From NCBI GenBank assembly GCA_030704615.1, contig CM060731.1:24614001-24678000 (forward strand): a DNA stretch of 64,000 bases, in the 5' to 3' direction. Position numbers and translations under genes: made by a program. Positions 11,081-23,302 of this stretch are shown here, piece after piece. This stretch comes from Takakia lepidozioides (Eukaryota; Plantae; Bryophyta). The notes beneath the pieces are model-generated. The model was not told where the DNA came from and ran no database searches. It worked only from the letters and a program-made list of their open reading frames with translations. Each line of letters starts with the position of its first letter. Position 1 is the first letter of the stretch.

Positions 11081-12659
11081 CTGCACAGATCACAAACATA
11101 CAAGGCCATAAACAACACCTGGTGAGGCCAATTTGAAATGGACAGAAGAAACTGGAAAGCAGAAAAGGACAGATTCGAGGAAACATCATATGTTCAACGT
11201 TTTTCACAATGGGGTAACTCGGCAGCCTTTCTTCATGTCATGTGCTGAAGAGAATCAAGAACACAGAATGTCGAGCAAAATTTGGTCCTTTCCTGTGTGA
11301 TGTTCTATCGTAAGAGGCAAGGGTTTCCCCGTGAGTGATTATTCAAGAAGACCAAGCTCCGAATGAATAAGGGAAACGTTCGAGTAGACAACTTTTTGAG
11401 TTTTGCTGACTAGCCATCAATGAAAATATAAATCTGTGCAGTACAGTTTCCAACAATACACAGCAGGCAAGAATCTTTGTTGGCAATAACTTTTGCAAAC
11501 GAGAATACCAATTCCTTGCGGCCCTCTCGGCCTTTTGTTCGCTCATCTGTCTCTGCACCTAAATCTTTTTCTCTTCATCATATTCACGCTAATGGGCATC
11601 TCACATTATGGAGGAGATTATCCCTGTTATACTGCCACCATCTGTCACACATATTGACAATCCGGTGTAGTAAAGCTGAAACTTGCGATCGGGAGACTGG
11701 CGGTGAGAGAACTATGATACTAACATTGTCGCACAACTCGGGGGGGGGGGGGGGGGTAGTGGGGGTATGTGGTGTTGCAGTAGAACATACAACATGCTTT
11801 GTAAGGGCACTCATACGCGCATCAACTTCTCCTTGTTTGTCTGTCGTTTGACCTACCGCCACTCCCATACATCCTCCGAAAAGCAATCAACACACGAACG
11901 AACCTAGAAAGAACTTGCAAGGAAAAACATTTGAAACTCGCTATCTCTATTTATCGTTTCCATAGGCATGTTCACTCTCGACAGTGAGGAAGGGAGAGAG
12001 AAGTGAGTCAATAGCAGTGACGCAGACTTGGGATAAGCTGATACTTCATAATTGCTCATGTCCTCTGCTGATTCCTATGGTTCCTCAATATCCATCCAAA
12101 TCTCTGTCGCAAACATCTACAATCTACGTCTACCCTTCCAGAAGAATTGGAGCACCTGGAAATCTGGCCATGCCAGAGACGTGCGACTCCGCAGCGGCGG
12201 ACCGACGCAGGTGACGAGTGAAAGGGGCCATCGCTGTAGACAGCCTCGAAAGACTCCATGCATTCACTTCTCTCTTTTCCTTTACCTGCACTTGTCTCTC
12301 TCGGCGTGGCTAGGCTAGACAGACTTGCAATCTTCTGGGCTCACTTTAAAAAAAAAAAAAAAAAAAAAAAAACCAAATCGAGATTGGGTAGCGTGTTAGC
12401 ACGCTCACGCCGCTGTGCGCGTGCTCGCGTGAGCAGGAGACAAAATGCCCGAAAATTCAAAAGTGACAGTGAGCATGCAGAATGATAGAGACACTACTTA
12501 TGTAACCGCATGGCTACCCCTTATACCCTAGCTTGCGAGAAGCTGCGAGCGTGGAGCAGAGCCGAGCATGGAAGTCCAATTTACTTGCCGAACCTGAGCT
12601 TCACTGAGCTCTTTCCCCGGCGGTGCTTCCAGTTAATGTCTCTATCGAAATCCGGGGAG

Positions 12660-13440
12660 TCAGGGAAGAAGCGCGCTCCTGCCTCCCCAGCACTGAGGGA
12701 TTGAACTCCATGAACAGGTGTCTGGCGAAGGGCTGGAGCAGAGGATTCCCTGCTTGGCCCAGGAATCTGTGAAGGTCCCGTGGAGAGTAAGTTGAGCCTC
12801 AGGATGTCTGGCGATGTCTGCAGTCAATTTCAACCAAGCTTTCTTAGCCTCAGTTGGAGCATTAAAAAAAACCATAGCCAGCAGCATTGAAATCGTGCAA
12901 TTGGAGTTATTAAAGGTCCATTGGCATCTTGTTTTGCATATGTGCCATAGCCCAGCAGCTCTGATTGTTTCAGACACCTGGCAAGATGATGCAAGGTGCT
13001 TTGTTGATGGATCGTAGTTGAGTAGCAAGGCTGTGGGCGAGAGAGGGGTCGGTGCCCAGGTTCGAAGGACTAAGTTGAGAATAGGCCAGACTTTGGATGG
13101 AATTTTACAGTAAAGGAGGCAGTGCTCAATCGATTCCACCACCCCCAACGAACAGCACCTGCATATGAGAGCATCCGAGAATTGGAGCCAACGCCCAACT
13201 TTGTGGATCCTTTCGCCACCTGCCAGAGGAACGCGCTAATCTTCGCAGGTCTCGTTTTCACCCAAATTCCATTCCAGATTTATTTCCAATGTTCTTCATG
13301 GAAATTGTAGGCCCCCCATTTGGCATCCCATTTGGAAATGAGGAGGGGAGAGGCATTGAGGCATTTATAGCCTTTTTTCGCAGTGTACTGGAGGAGTGAG
13401 GAGACCACCTTGCACTTCAACTGGTTTTTTAGAAAGTCAC
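12660..13440 (-). mobile_element. Degenerate 3' fragment of an L1-clade LINE (zf-RVT region)
   Basis: KISAFLWQV..ESIEHCLLYC..VW and LWHICKTRC..FN motifs, with frameshifts. Confidence 0.7.
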
Positions 13441-14090
13441 TTGCAGGGTTGCAGTTCGATCCAGGGGAATGGCGCGCTCACGAGGAATTTGCAACACGCG
13501 CGCGATTCTCTTCTCTCTCTCTCTATTACCTCAACACACCAAATTTCTTGTCTGTTTTGTGTGTTCTTGACGTTCACGTGTGTGTGTCCAAAGCAGCTCC
13601 TCTGCACACAAATGGTGCTACTTAGCAAACAGGAGACAAGGTTTGTGGAGCGGGGAGAGTGTTTCTTAGGCCCCGACCGCACCTGCCAGTTAGCTAGTAG
13701 GCCAGTAGCTGCTACTGTGAGCATGCTGCTACCCTAGCGAGGGGTTGAAGTTGGCAGCACCGTGAGCTCTCCATCTTTCTTTGGATTTCCACTCTTCCAC
13801 GGAGCATGCCACCATCCCTGAGTTCATCTAATAACAGCATGGTCGACTCTGTTCCTATTGCACGTTCCTATTGCACATGATACTTCTCTTCCATGAAAGG
13901 GCATGGAGGACACATTGAAAATGCCAAGGGCCAAGGTTGCTTTTTTCAATTATACAAACTGTCAAACACCAAATGCAAAGGGGGCAGCTTCAATTTGAAT
14001 AGAATGCATGGATATGCCCATCCAGATTCACTGCGCATTTTCTGAAGTCACAGTAGGAAAACAGAGTTGCAGGTGAACACATCCTTTGCA

Positions 14091-17000
14091 TTATTGATTG
14101 TCTCTGGACATGGACTGCTTTTCTGGAACTTTCTGGGGTAGTGGAGGATTGCCAGTGCGCTCATACTCTTGACGCAGTCCCTCCAGTCTCTTGGATACCT
14201 GCGTGGATGCATCGAAATCTTGTTACTCCAGCCAAAGGCATGGAACACTGACTTGCAATACAATGACCTCCTTAAGAGCTGATTAATTTCCAGTAATTGT
14301 CTGAAGCTGTTCAGAAATAACAGCTAATGAGAGATAACACCCCTAGCACAACTAAGTGTGAATGAAAGGGCACACGGAGCAAGTCAAATGTTCATTCATG
14401 GTGCTTCTCCTGGCACATTTCCATCACACCTTTCTGGTCATCCTATATCACACAATGAGGCAAACAGTGAGAGAACTACTTGGCTTGTGATGCTACTCAG
14501 GTTCTTAAGGAGACAGGGCAGCCAGACAGGAACGGCACGGAAACAAGTGGAAGATAGTTACCTTGATACTGTAAGCCATGGGCAGTAGAGTGTCAGGCTG
14601 CAGAGCACCCTCAGGAAAATAACGCAATGCGTGCACCAACTTTTCAAATGGCAGCTTTACCTGCCATACCAACTCCAAGGTCCAAATCAGTTGGATATTT
14701 TGTCTTACTCGTGATTGGACTACAAACAACGAAAATTGCGGGATTGACTTTCCAGCTTACATGCACAACCCACAACAAGTGGCAAACTGATCAACTTGAG
14801 GAACAATTCATAGACCTAATGCACTTAACAAAGATAAACACCCATTCAACCTTATCTGCGGAAGATATCTAAAAGTTAGGAATACACACCAGATCATCCT
14901 GGCAGTATTTCAGCAAAGCGAGCCCTACTCGGAATATGATTTTCACACCCTGCATCCAGAATCCCTCACAAATATCAGTGATCTCACATCTTCAATGTCA
15001 GGTCGAGCAATTTCCCCCCGCATGACTTGTAGGCTTCATCCGAAGAGTTTCTCTGCAAGCCACCTCAGGCTTTGCTTACAGATCCTTTTGCGTTCTACAA
15101 CTTCCACCTTGTCTCCCCTTGTGGTGGGGCTTTCCTTTTCTAAGGAAATGGTTTTCTCAACCACTCTCTGCTGGTTAAACTGAAGTTGATTTGAGCCTCA
15201 AGAAGGCTTTTTACTATAACCGCAATTTGATGGAGGCATTCACCCCAGAATTCAAGCCCCAAGAGGCAATCCGCTTTCTGGCATTGAAATTAGCTGAGTG
15301 GAAAGAGTTGCAAGGACAGACAGTCTTTCTCCACCTCTCATTCAGAAGAATAGCTACGATGCATCATGTCCATAGAGCAGACTTAAGGGTTCACTGTTTC
15401 CCAGCCAGATTGACTTACTGTACAAAGGTCCGCAACTGACTATTGATATAAACTTCGGGAACTTGAGTCCCACTTGTTGATCAAATGCTGCGAGGGAGCT
15501 GTGACTGCCTTTGCCAGGCTTCAGCTCAAGCAACATTCTGAGGCCATAGTAATTGTGACTGCAATCTCGGCACCTATTGGAGGAATATGGGCCATACACT
15601 AAGATTGCAGAAGGCCTGGATGAAGAGAGTGACAGACAGAGGGATGGATCATAATAGACTGTGGTTGCCACTCTTATTATAATGGAAGAAAAGACATAAG
15701 GAAGGAAGGGTGAACCTCGTAGAGAAAGACATCCCAGATCCGCAGAGCCAGGGGGAATGGGAAGGAGTAAGAAAAGACAGTGATGAACCATTGACTCGCG
15801 TACATGCTCGGATTTATCATCTCTTGCTCGAAATGTGCTCCTACCCTTGGCAAAATTTCTTTCACCAACCTCTCCAACTGAAACAGATACTGCTGTACCA
15901 GGGGTAGACCCACCTATCTCCCCACCAAACAACAAAATCAACAAGGATCAGTCAAGAGTGGAAGCAAGAGAGAAATGTCCTCATAAGACGTTGTTTGCCA
16001 TAGCCTTGTGGGCATAGACCCCACCCACAGAGAAAGAGAGAGAGATAGTGTGACCAAACAATACAAGACTCTTCAGTGATCTTTTTAGCCTCTAATATAG
16101 TCTTTTTCCCCAGTGCTCTCTGCCCCTCTGCTGCGCCCAGCTAAAGCAGTACTCAATCTTTCAATGAATATGCAGTTCATGCAAGATTGTTTCCAGCCCG
16201 AAAGGGTTGTATGCCTCGAGGCCAATGTTGTAGGAAGAGGAAACATTCACCCTAGTGCTGGTTGATCGAGTCTGCAAATTTCAGGAAAATGCAAAGCTGA
16301 GGTAATTAATCCATTGATTTGTCACCCAACCTACAGTCGAAACATTGAGGGGTTCTTACCAAATAGAGGCCTTCCATGGGGGCATGAACAGCACCCTTCA
16401 GCAAGGCCACGAGTAGCCAAAAAGCATCTTCCTCACTCATGTACAACAACAGTAACCCTGCTAGAAATCCCATACCCTGTTCACTCAAACAGAACCTGTT
16501 GTCAATCAACTTGCTCATGTGTTGTCCAGAAGGTGGAATTGATGTTAGAGCGTGTTTATTCAATTTTGACCCCTCCTAATTTATGGCGTAGGCAAGACAC
16601 ATTGATGCTTTCCAACAAATTCATTTTATCATTTATCGTAGTCACTCCATGCTTAGAGATAAAACATGCAGAGACAACCACCTCTGCAATGCCTACCCAG
16701 AGCCGTCAGTGTTCCACAACGAATACAAGACCAATCCTGAATGTAAACTCATACATCTGATTACCATCCGGGCACTACTTCAATGTCTGACCTCCTGCAC
16801 AAGGCTCATGTATAGTGCAATTTCGTATATGCCGCACAGGTCTGTCATACGATTACAAATAGATAATTACACTTCTCATAGAGTACACATCAATTAGACA
16901 CTTCTGGGAGAGGGATGCCATGAAAAGCCAGAGATTTTCACAACTAAAGTAAATGGAAAGATGGAGATTAGCACCTGAACATAACCCACATCTTGATCAT

Positions 17001-18052
17001 AGACGGAGTAGGCCTTGAGGACATTGTAGAGGGAACGCTGACCAGGTCCATGCCTTTGCTGGAAAAACACATGAGATGGAAATGTGCGCGAAATATCCCT
17101 TATAATGTCCAATTCTGCAGCTGATGTTTCATACAGCACCAATTGCTGCCAGAAAATCACACACACTGCTATAAGACAAAACAAACTTTAAAGCATCCAT
17201 AGGTTGCCCAAAGAGGCTCAGGGAAGAGTAGAACAAGGTTGAGTTTCCTTGCAAAAGTGACCTTCCCTGTCCTCTCACCTTCTTGGTGGAATTTCATCTG
17301 ACAAATCTCTCCAATGCCTCCCCTGGTGTTTGACAGGCAATCTGTGTCTATCAGTTGGTCCGCCCCCATCCTTTTCTGTCAGTGTGTGTATCCCTCTCAG
17401 TGCATTCAATTAACTGCATGACAGAGAGAGTTACAAGAGGATAGGAGAAGGAGTACCTCGTACACGCCTTGATTCATGAGCAGCAAATCACGACTACCCG
17501 AGATGAGTTGCCAAACAAGTCCTCGAAGACAGTCAGGGATGCCCTTGCGCACACGACGCTTCACAACCTGTGGTTTTCTCCGCACGTAGTGCTTCCAGTC
17601 AGTGCCCCCAACTCCAATCATCTTCCGCCATTTACGGAGCCTCCGCTCCTCTCTGTCACACAGCATTTTTGTGTTGTATCAGTCTGCACTGGATACAAAC
17701 AGCTCCAACACTCAATTGCTCAGATTTCAGAAATGGGTATTTGCACCAACCTCTGCAACAGACAAGACATGAAAATCATGTAACGGATGCCCGATCCTTA
17801 ACTCTAGAGTGAAGTTAGGCACGCGTAAAGAAGGGAAAAACCCCTTCACAGAAGCACATACCTATCAGTGGCAGGAACAAACCTCTCACGCTCACTTTGT
17901 GGTCGGCACTTCGATCCCTCAACAGGCGAGCCTCCACCAGATTTTATGAAGCCATATCTATCAACAGGCCGTAGGCGGGGAACAGGACCAGGCTCAAATT
18001 CAGCAGGTTCAACGCGCTGCCTCTCACCCTCAGAATTGCTCGCCCCATTCAT
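14091..18052 (-). CDS. TBC-domain Ypt/Rab GTPase-activating protein (EVI5/PAM1-like). 8 exons: 18052-17883, 17652-17457, 17145-16975, 16476-16360, 15913-15716, 14949-14890, 14660-14562, 14198-14091.
   Basis: Motifs VDRYGF, RKGIPDCLRGLVWQ, IIRDISRTFP, GYVQ|GMGFLAG, MYASQWF and RIWDVFLYE. GT-AG junctions; last exon VSKRLEG..DNQ*. Confidence 0.95.
15974..16028 (-). mobile_element. Short LINE 3' fragment in a TBC-gene intron
   Basis: atgtcctcataagacgttgtttgccatagccttgtgg, flanked by GA-rich sequence on both sides. Confidence 0.8.
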
Positions 18053-18157
18053 AATCTTCCACAGCTGGCTTGCTTCCAGGCAACAGCGAGGACTCCTTTC
18101 TTGAAGTCTTTATCTACATTTCACAACACGAAGTTTGCTTCTATTTCTATGCCATTT

Positions 18158-19395
18158 CCTTGACTGGCTGGAGAGCGGTCTTAGACATTGGTGATTCAAT
18201 GAGGCGCTCCAGGAAGACAACCAAGGGCAGGGACTTCAACTTGAAAGTTTCTACCCGGTTTGACACACAGGATGAGGTTGATTCCAAGCATGCAGACAGA
18301 CAGACAAACCGACCTAAGAGTACTGAGCCTGAGCGTCGTGTGACTGAAGGATTTGGTACTCTGAATGGTTTACGGATCCTTAAAGTTTACACAAGACGAG
18401 CAAAATCTAAATCCGGGGTAATTGTCCCCCTTTTTCGCAGAACGGTTGGCCGTCCAGGAACAACCATAGACTACCTCCACGACAAACCATTCATATGCAA
18501 AGGGCTGGCTGGCTTGCGGCTGGGCACTTTCAGTTTCTCAGGACTGACTAACCAAAGGAAACAATCGAAGTGGGTCAAGTTCTTCGGGCAACTCATATGC
18601 ATATCTGTGATCTGTGCAGGGCAAGAGACATGTGAAACTTGGGACAAACTGCTTGGAGATGTCAATGGTTATAAGAGGACAGGTAAGACGTGCGCACTTA
18701 AGGCAGCCTGCCAAACGTGGTCAAGAAGGGGTTGGCTTCTTGATTGTCAGATTATCAAACAAGGGTTTGCGGTATGAGCACAGTATCTGGCTAAAACTGA
18801 AATTGAAGGGCGGCATGTATACGAAGGACCCCTTTGTGGGTTGTGTTGAGGGGACCCTTAGTGCTGACGCGGACAAAGCCTTGGAAGACGTAAAGCTGGA
18901 CTGTGCTAAGTTCCTTGAAAAAGGTCAGGTGGTCTTATTGGGTGACTTCCATGCCCGGGTGGGCAAAGGTCTTCATCAGGATGATACCATTGGGCCTTTT
19001 GGTGAGGACGAGCTGGATTCTAATGGTAGACGGTTGATAAACTATGAGGAAGAACTTCAGCGTTTGACCTTGAACATAGGTCAACAGGAGACGGCCAAGT
19101 GCAGTGGACTCGTGAGAAAGCCCAAACTGGGAAGGTTCCATTGTGGATTATATCGTAATGGACAAAAAATAGTTTCCCCAGGGTGTCAGTGTGTTCATCG
19201 ACACAACTGATATTGGTACCTTTGACCACTTTCGGAGTGAGATCAAAAGGTGTTTTCCCAGAGATCTGTGAAACGTTCGATTCGGAAGTGGCGTATAGAA
19301 AACTTCCAAAATGAAGAGGTCAAGGTTGATGTTTAGCCTTGCAAGAGGCTCTTCCTCATTTTGTCCACTCACTGCAAGACCTTCAATCTCGCTCC
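18158..19395 (+). mobile_element. Internal fragment of the same LINE family (N-terminus and endonuclease)
   Basis: WRAVLDIGDSMRR, CAGQET, LLGDFHARVG; homologous to 5890-7255 in the opposite orientation. Confidence 0.9.
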
Positions 19396-19504
19396 TTTGG
19401 CCTCCTTCATATGCAAACTATGGTATTCCAATTTTGGAATCTCCCTAATATGTCAGACCTGTGGATGTTCAGCAGGTTCCAGAGATGGACCTTGATCAGG
19501 GCAG

Positions 19505-20056
19505 ACATCATTGCGCACCCTCCATATCCCCTGTTTTCTGAGCTTGTCGAAGACTACTACAACAACAGCTTCTCAAACCCAAGCGGACCTGCATATACTC
19601 GTGAACAGGCCCTTCTAACCAACAGGAGACCAATGTTCAGGTACCAGCTTGATGCGTTGAGGTTGTCAAAAATATATATCATCTGGAGGTGCGGCCCATG
19701 TTATTGATTAGTGTCATGAGCACTCTAGAAGGGTTACAGAAACTATGCCTTAGTATGGTGCTGCAAGCGGGTTTGGACGACATGTTCTTTTAGAGAGCTT
19801 TTTGGCTAACATGTCATACCTGTGGATGTTCAACAGGTTCCAAAGACGGACTTGATCAGGGCAGCTGTAATCTTTCTAGAATGCTCCCTGGGACACTAAT
19901 CAACAACATGGGCCGCACCTCCAAATGATATATTACTAAAAAACTCAATGCATCAAGCTAGTACCTATACAGGCGTCTCCTGTTGGTTATAAGTTCACGC
20001 CTAGTTCACGAATATATGTAGGTCCGCTCTGGTTTGAGGGCAAGCCGTTGTTGTAG
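19505..20056. repeat. Diverged inverted repeat (left arm about 19505-19739; right arm 19865-20056, resuming at 20339-20360 and 26458-26482), plus a ~50-bp direct repeat at about 19457 and 19818
   Basis: ggaggtgcggcccatgtt versus aacatgggccgcacctcc, and cagcttgatgc versus gcatcaagct. The right arm resumes after two insertions. Confidence 0.75.
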
Positions 20057-20338
20057 AACAAGAACTAGAACTAAAGTCTTAGGTTAAAGCTAAAGCTCTC
20101 CACCCAATCATAGAAACCACTATCATACACTATCATACTCTTACACTTCGACTAGTGGCTTCACCCCACGCTTATACAAGAAGATGTCTAGAAAGTCTAG
20201 ATCATCTCTATGATCTACTTGGCCACTTCCTAGGATGGTGACCATCCACCTTCTAGCCATCCACCTTCCAATGGCGGGTTAAACAAGGTAATCTCTTAGA
20301 CTTCTAAATGGTTGGCCTTCTCAACTCTTAGTCCAACA
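20049..20338. mobile_element. Possible solo LTR (TGTTG..CAACA), no TSD found
   Basis: About 290 bp interrupt the inverted-repeat arm and have TG/CA-like termini, but the flanking 5-mers do not match. Confidence 0.35.
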
Positions 20339-21767
20339 ATCGAGAAGCTCAGGGGATATATAGGGAATTCCAAAAAGGCCTTGATGTGAAATGCATCGCA
20401 ATTCACTTGATCACCCCCTAAAAGTGCGCAACTCAATTGAATTGCAAGGGCAATTCAATTGAATTAACCCTAATTTGCAATTCAATTGAATTGTCGGCAC
20501 ACGATTCAATTGAATTGTAGTCAACAATTCAATGCAATTCAATTCAATTGTAATCTATAATTTTTAACTTATTTATATATATAATATATAATATATATGT
20601 ACATGTATATATTCAAATTATATTTATACACATATAAGAGTATAACCTAAAAATACATGTTGCCCGTCTCTATTCTTGCTGGCCATCTTTCTTGTGCCCT
20701 TGAGGAAATTGTGGAGTTGTGAAGCCACCCTCAGCCTCAGCGAGAAAGGGAGAGCCAGAGACGGAGACAGATCAGCAGCTTCTTGTGATTCACTGGTAGG
20801 CTCCGAAAAAAACAGACAAAATCAAACCTGACAATTGATGAAAGGCTTCCCCTACATCACCATGTAATCCCCTAACACTAGTACCTGGCCCAGGACAAAG
20901 AAAACAAAAAATATGTTCATCTTGACAATTATCAAAAATTTCGATACCCTTACAAAGGTATCATGTTGAAGTTGGGATGTGTGTTCTATACACTAGAAGC
21001 ATTCGTGTCTTTTCCGATTCGACTGTATGTCCGCGACCACTCCGGGAACCACTTGGTAGTAAACGGGACTACTGGAGAGTCGAAACAGACAATGTGGGCC
21101 CACGGGGGCATTTCAGACGGCGGACAGAAGTGGGGTCAACGACTCCGAAGTCGTAGCAGAATTCCGGGCTATTTTACGAATTGCGTAAATACATAAAATT
21201 TGAAAAAGCCAAAATTACAAGTGGTTGTAATTACTGCACATGCGACTACAAATTTTCTTTCCTAATTCGATTAATGGAATAAAGATATTTATTCATTAAA
21301 GTGAATATGTAGTCGACTCAACGACTCCATGAACCACTGCGCATTCATTGCACCCATGACTCGGCAGCACATTTGCTGACGTGGCTTTCACAAAAAGAGG
21401 TAAACAAAATGTGGCCTTGGGGGAATAGATATTTTAATACGTGCTGCCTCCACCTGGCAGAGACAAGGATGCAAGTGTTGCGTCGGTGGCGGGACATGGG
21501 AATGGAAATCCTGACACGACAAGGCCTTCGTATACTGTGAGCGCGCGTAGTGGCTTCTCAGAACGGTGTGACATCGGGGTCTTAGTCATTCATCATTTAC
21601 AGAATGTGCTGGATGGAGGCACGATGGAGCGCGCATACGGGCATGCCCTTCTGGCATCAATTCCCAAGTATCCACGCAAGGTGAGACTGCTGAATTGGGT
21701 TTTTGCCCGTCTAGTTTTCTGACAGCATGCTCGAAACGTTCATAGTGTCATTGAGTGGCATCGCAAT

Positions 21768-22470
21768 AATTTGATGTGTAGCTGCTTTTCCATTTCACAA
21801 GTTATGCAGAAGGCGTCACAGAAGAAGATCGCAAAGACGTCAAGGCTGAAGAATATGCCCTTTGGTTGTGAACTACAATCATATCATGCCAAACCCCATT
21901 TTGCCCACGCAGATGAGGGAGACATTCTGCATTTGCGAGTGGGACTTAATTCCTCTAAACCCAGCTTGAAGGTAGTTGTGACACCAGAGAAACTGGAAAC
22001 TACCTCCAAGAAAGTTGAAACTCGCAAGATAGTCATGTATTCGTCTCATTATCTCCAACTGGGATTCCGAGTTATCATCCGACCCTTTACATGTGCGCTG
22101 GAATGGAGTATAATTATGGTTTAGGCAGTTATTGCCACCAGACGTTCGCTTCTCCAATTTTTACATTTAAGGATGTGTCTGTGTTTATGGCACTCTTTCT
22201 CCCAAGGAGGCCTGAGTACCCCCCTGTACTTGCAAGAATTTGATGTGTAGCTGCTTTTCCCTTTCATAAATTATGAAGAAGCAGTCACAGAAGAAGATCG
22301 CAAAGAGGTCAAGGCTGAAAGCGTTCATTAAGGTTGTGAACTACAATCATATCATGCCAAACCAGCGGCGGCAGATGGTGTCATGAGACATTTTGCGATT
22401 TGCGCATAGGTGGACTTAATTTTGATGTTGACTTGAAGGCAGTTGTGACACCAGTGAAACTGGAAACTAC
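21768..22470 (+). repeat. Diverged ~235-bp direct duplication inside the CACTA element
   Basis: aatttgatgtgtagctgcttttcc..gaaactggaaactac occurs at about 21768-22003 and 22238-22470. Confidence 0.8.
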
Positions 22471-23302
22471 AGGTTAGATGATGGCGTGCTGCATCGCGAC
22501 ATAAACCTGCATTTGACATTCAGGCTTAGGATTCATGCAATTTGGTGCTAGTCAGGCCTGCACAGTTCCAGAGCACAAGTGGGAGCCCATCCGAGGGATG
22601 GGGACCTCGTAAGTGCTTCTTCATTTTGTACTCACCTTGTTTTTGCATCGCACTTGTACTACAAGGGGCAGAGCCATTTATCTGGCTGGAGGTTCAATTC
22701 CTCTACAAGTGAGCTATTCCCGTGTCACTACAATCAGTTAGATGTGTTTGTGGTGGTTGCTGGATTTGCGGCTCTGGGGCGTCTTGCCAAGTGCTTGCAG
22801 GGATCAACGTTAATGTGGACGTGGCAGTACATGTAGCAAAAAAACTCATTCGCTGGTGAAGAAGACCATGTTGCAACATATGTCATGCTATTGCTTCGAG
22901 AGTGCTGTTGTTGGGCAGGTGGGAGAATGCAACAACGGTGAGAAGGAAAGCAAGGGAAGCACAAAAAGGTGTCGTTCGGTCCTGCTCCTTTGGAGACACC
23001 CCCCATTCCACTGGTCTTTGTTCCTGGAAAGCATGCAGTTGGGCCAGAAAATGCATGCACACATTCACGTCTACTTCCCGTACATGAAGACGATCCTCTC
23101 CTCACATGTCAGAAACAATATTGGCAGAACAAAAAAAGGTTTGTTCACAAGACAGTACGGACCACATACCGGGACATTATCGATACTATTAACTGTCTCG
23201 CCCTTGCGCGCTTGCAGGACTGTACAAAATGGGTTCTAAGGACAATAAGAGTCCTTAGCATAGCTCTCGTCTATGAGCTGCTCGCTTAATGGACACTGAG
23301 AT

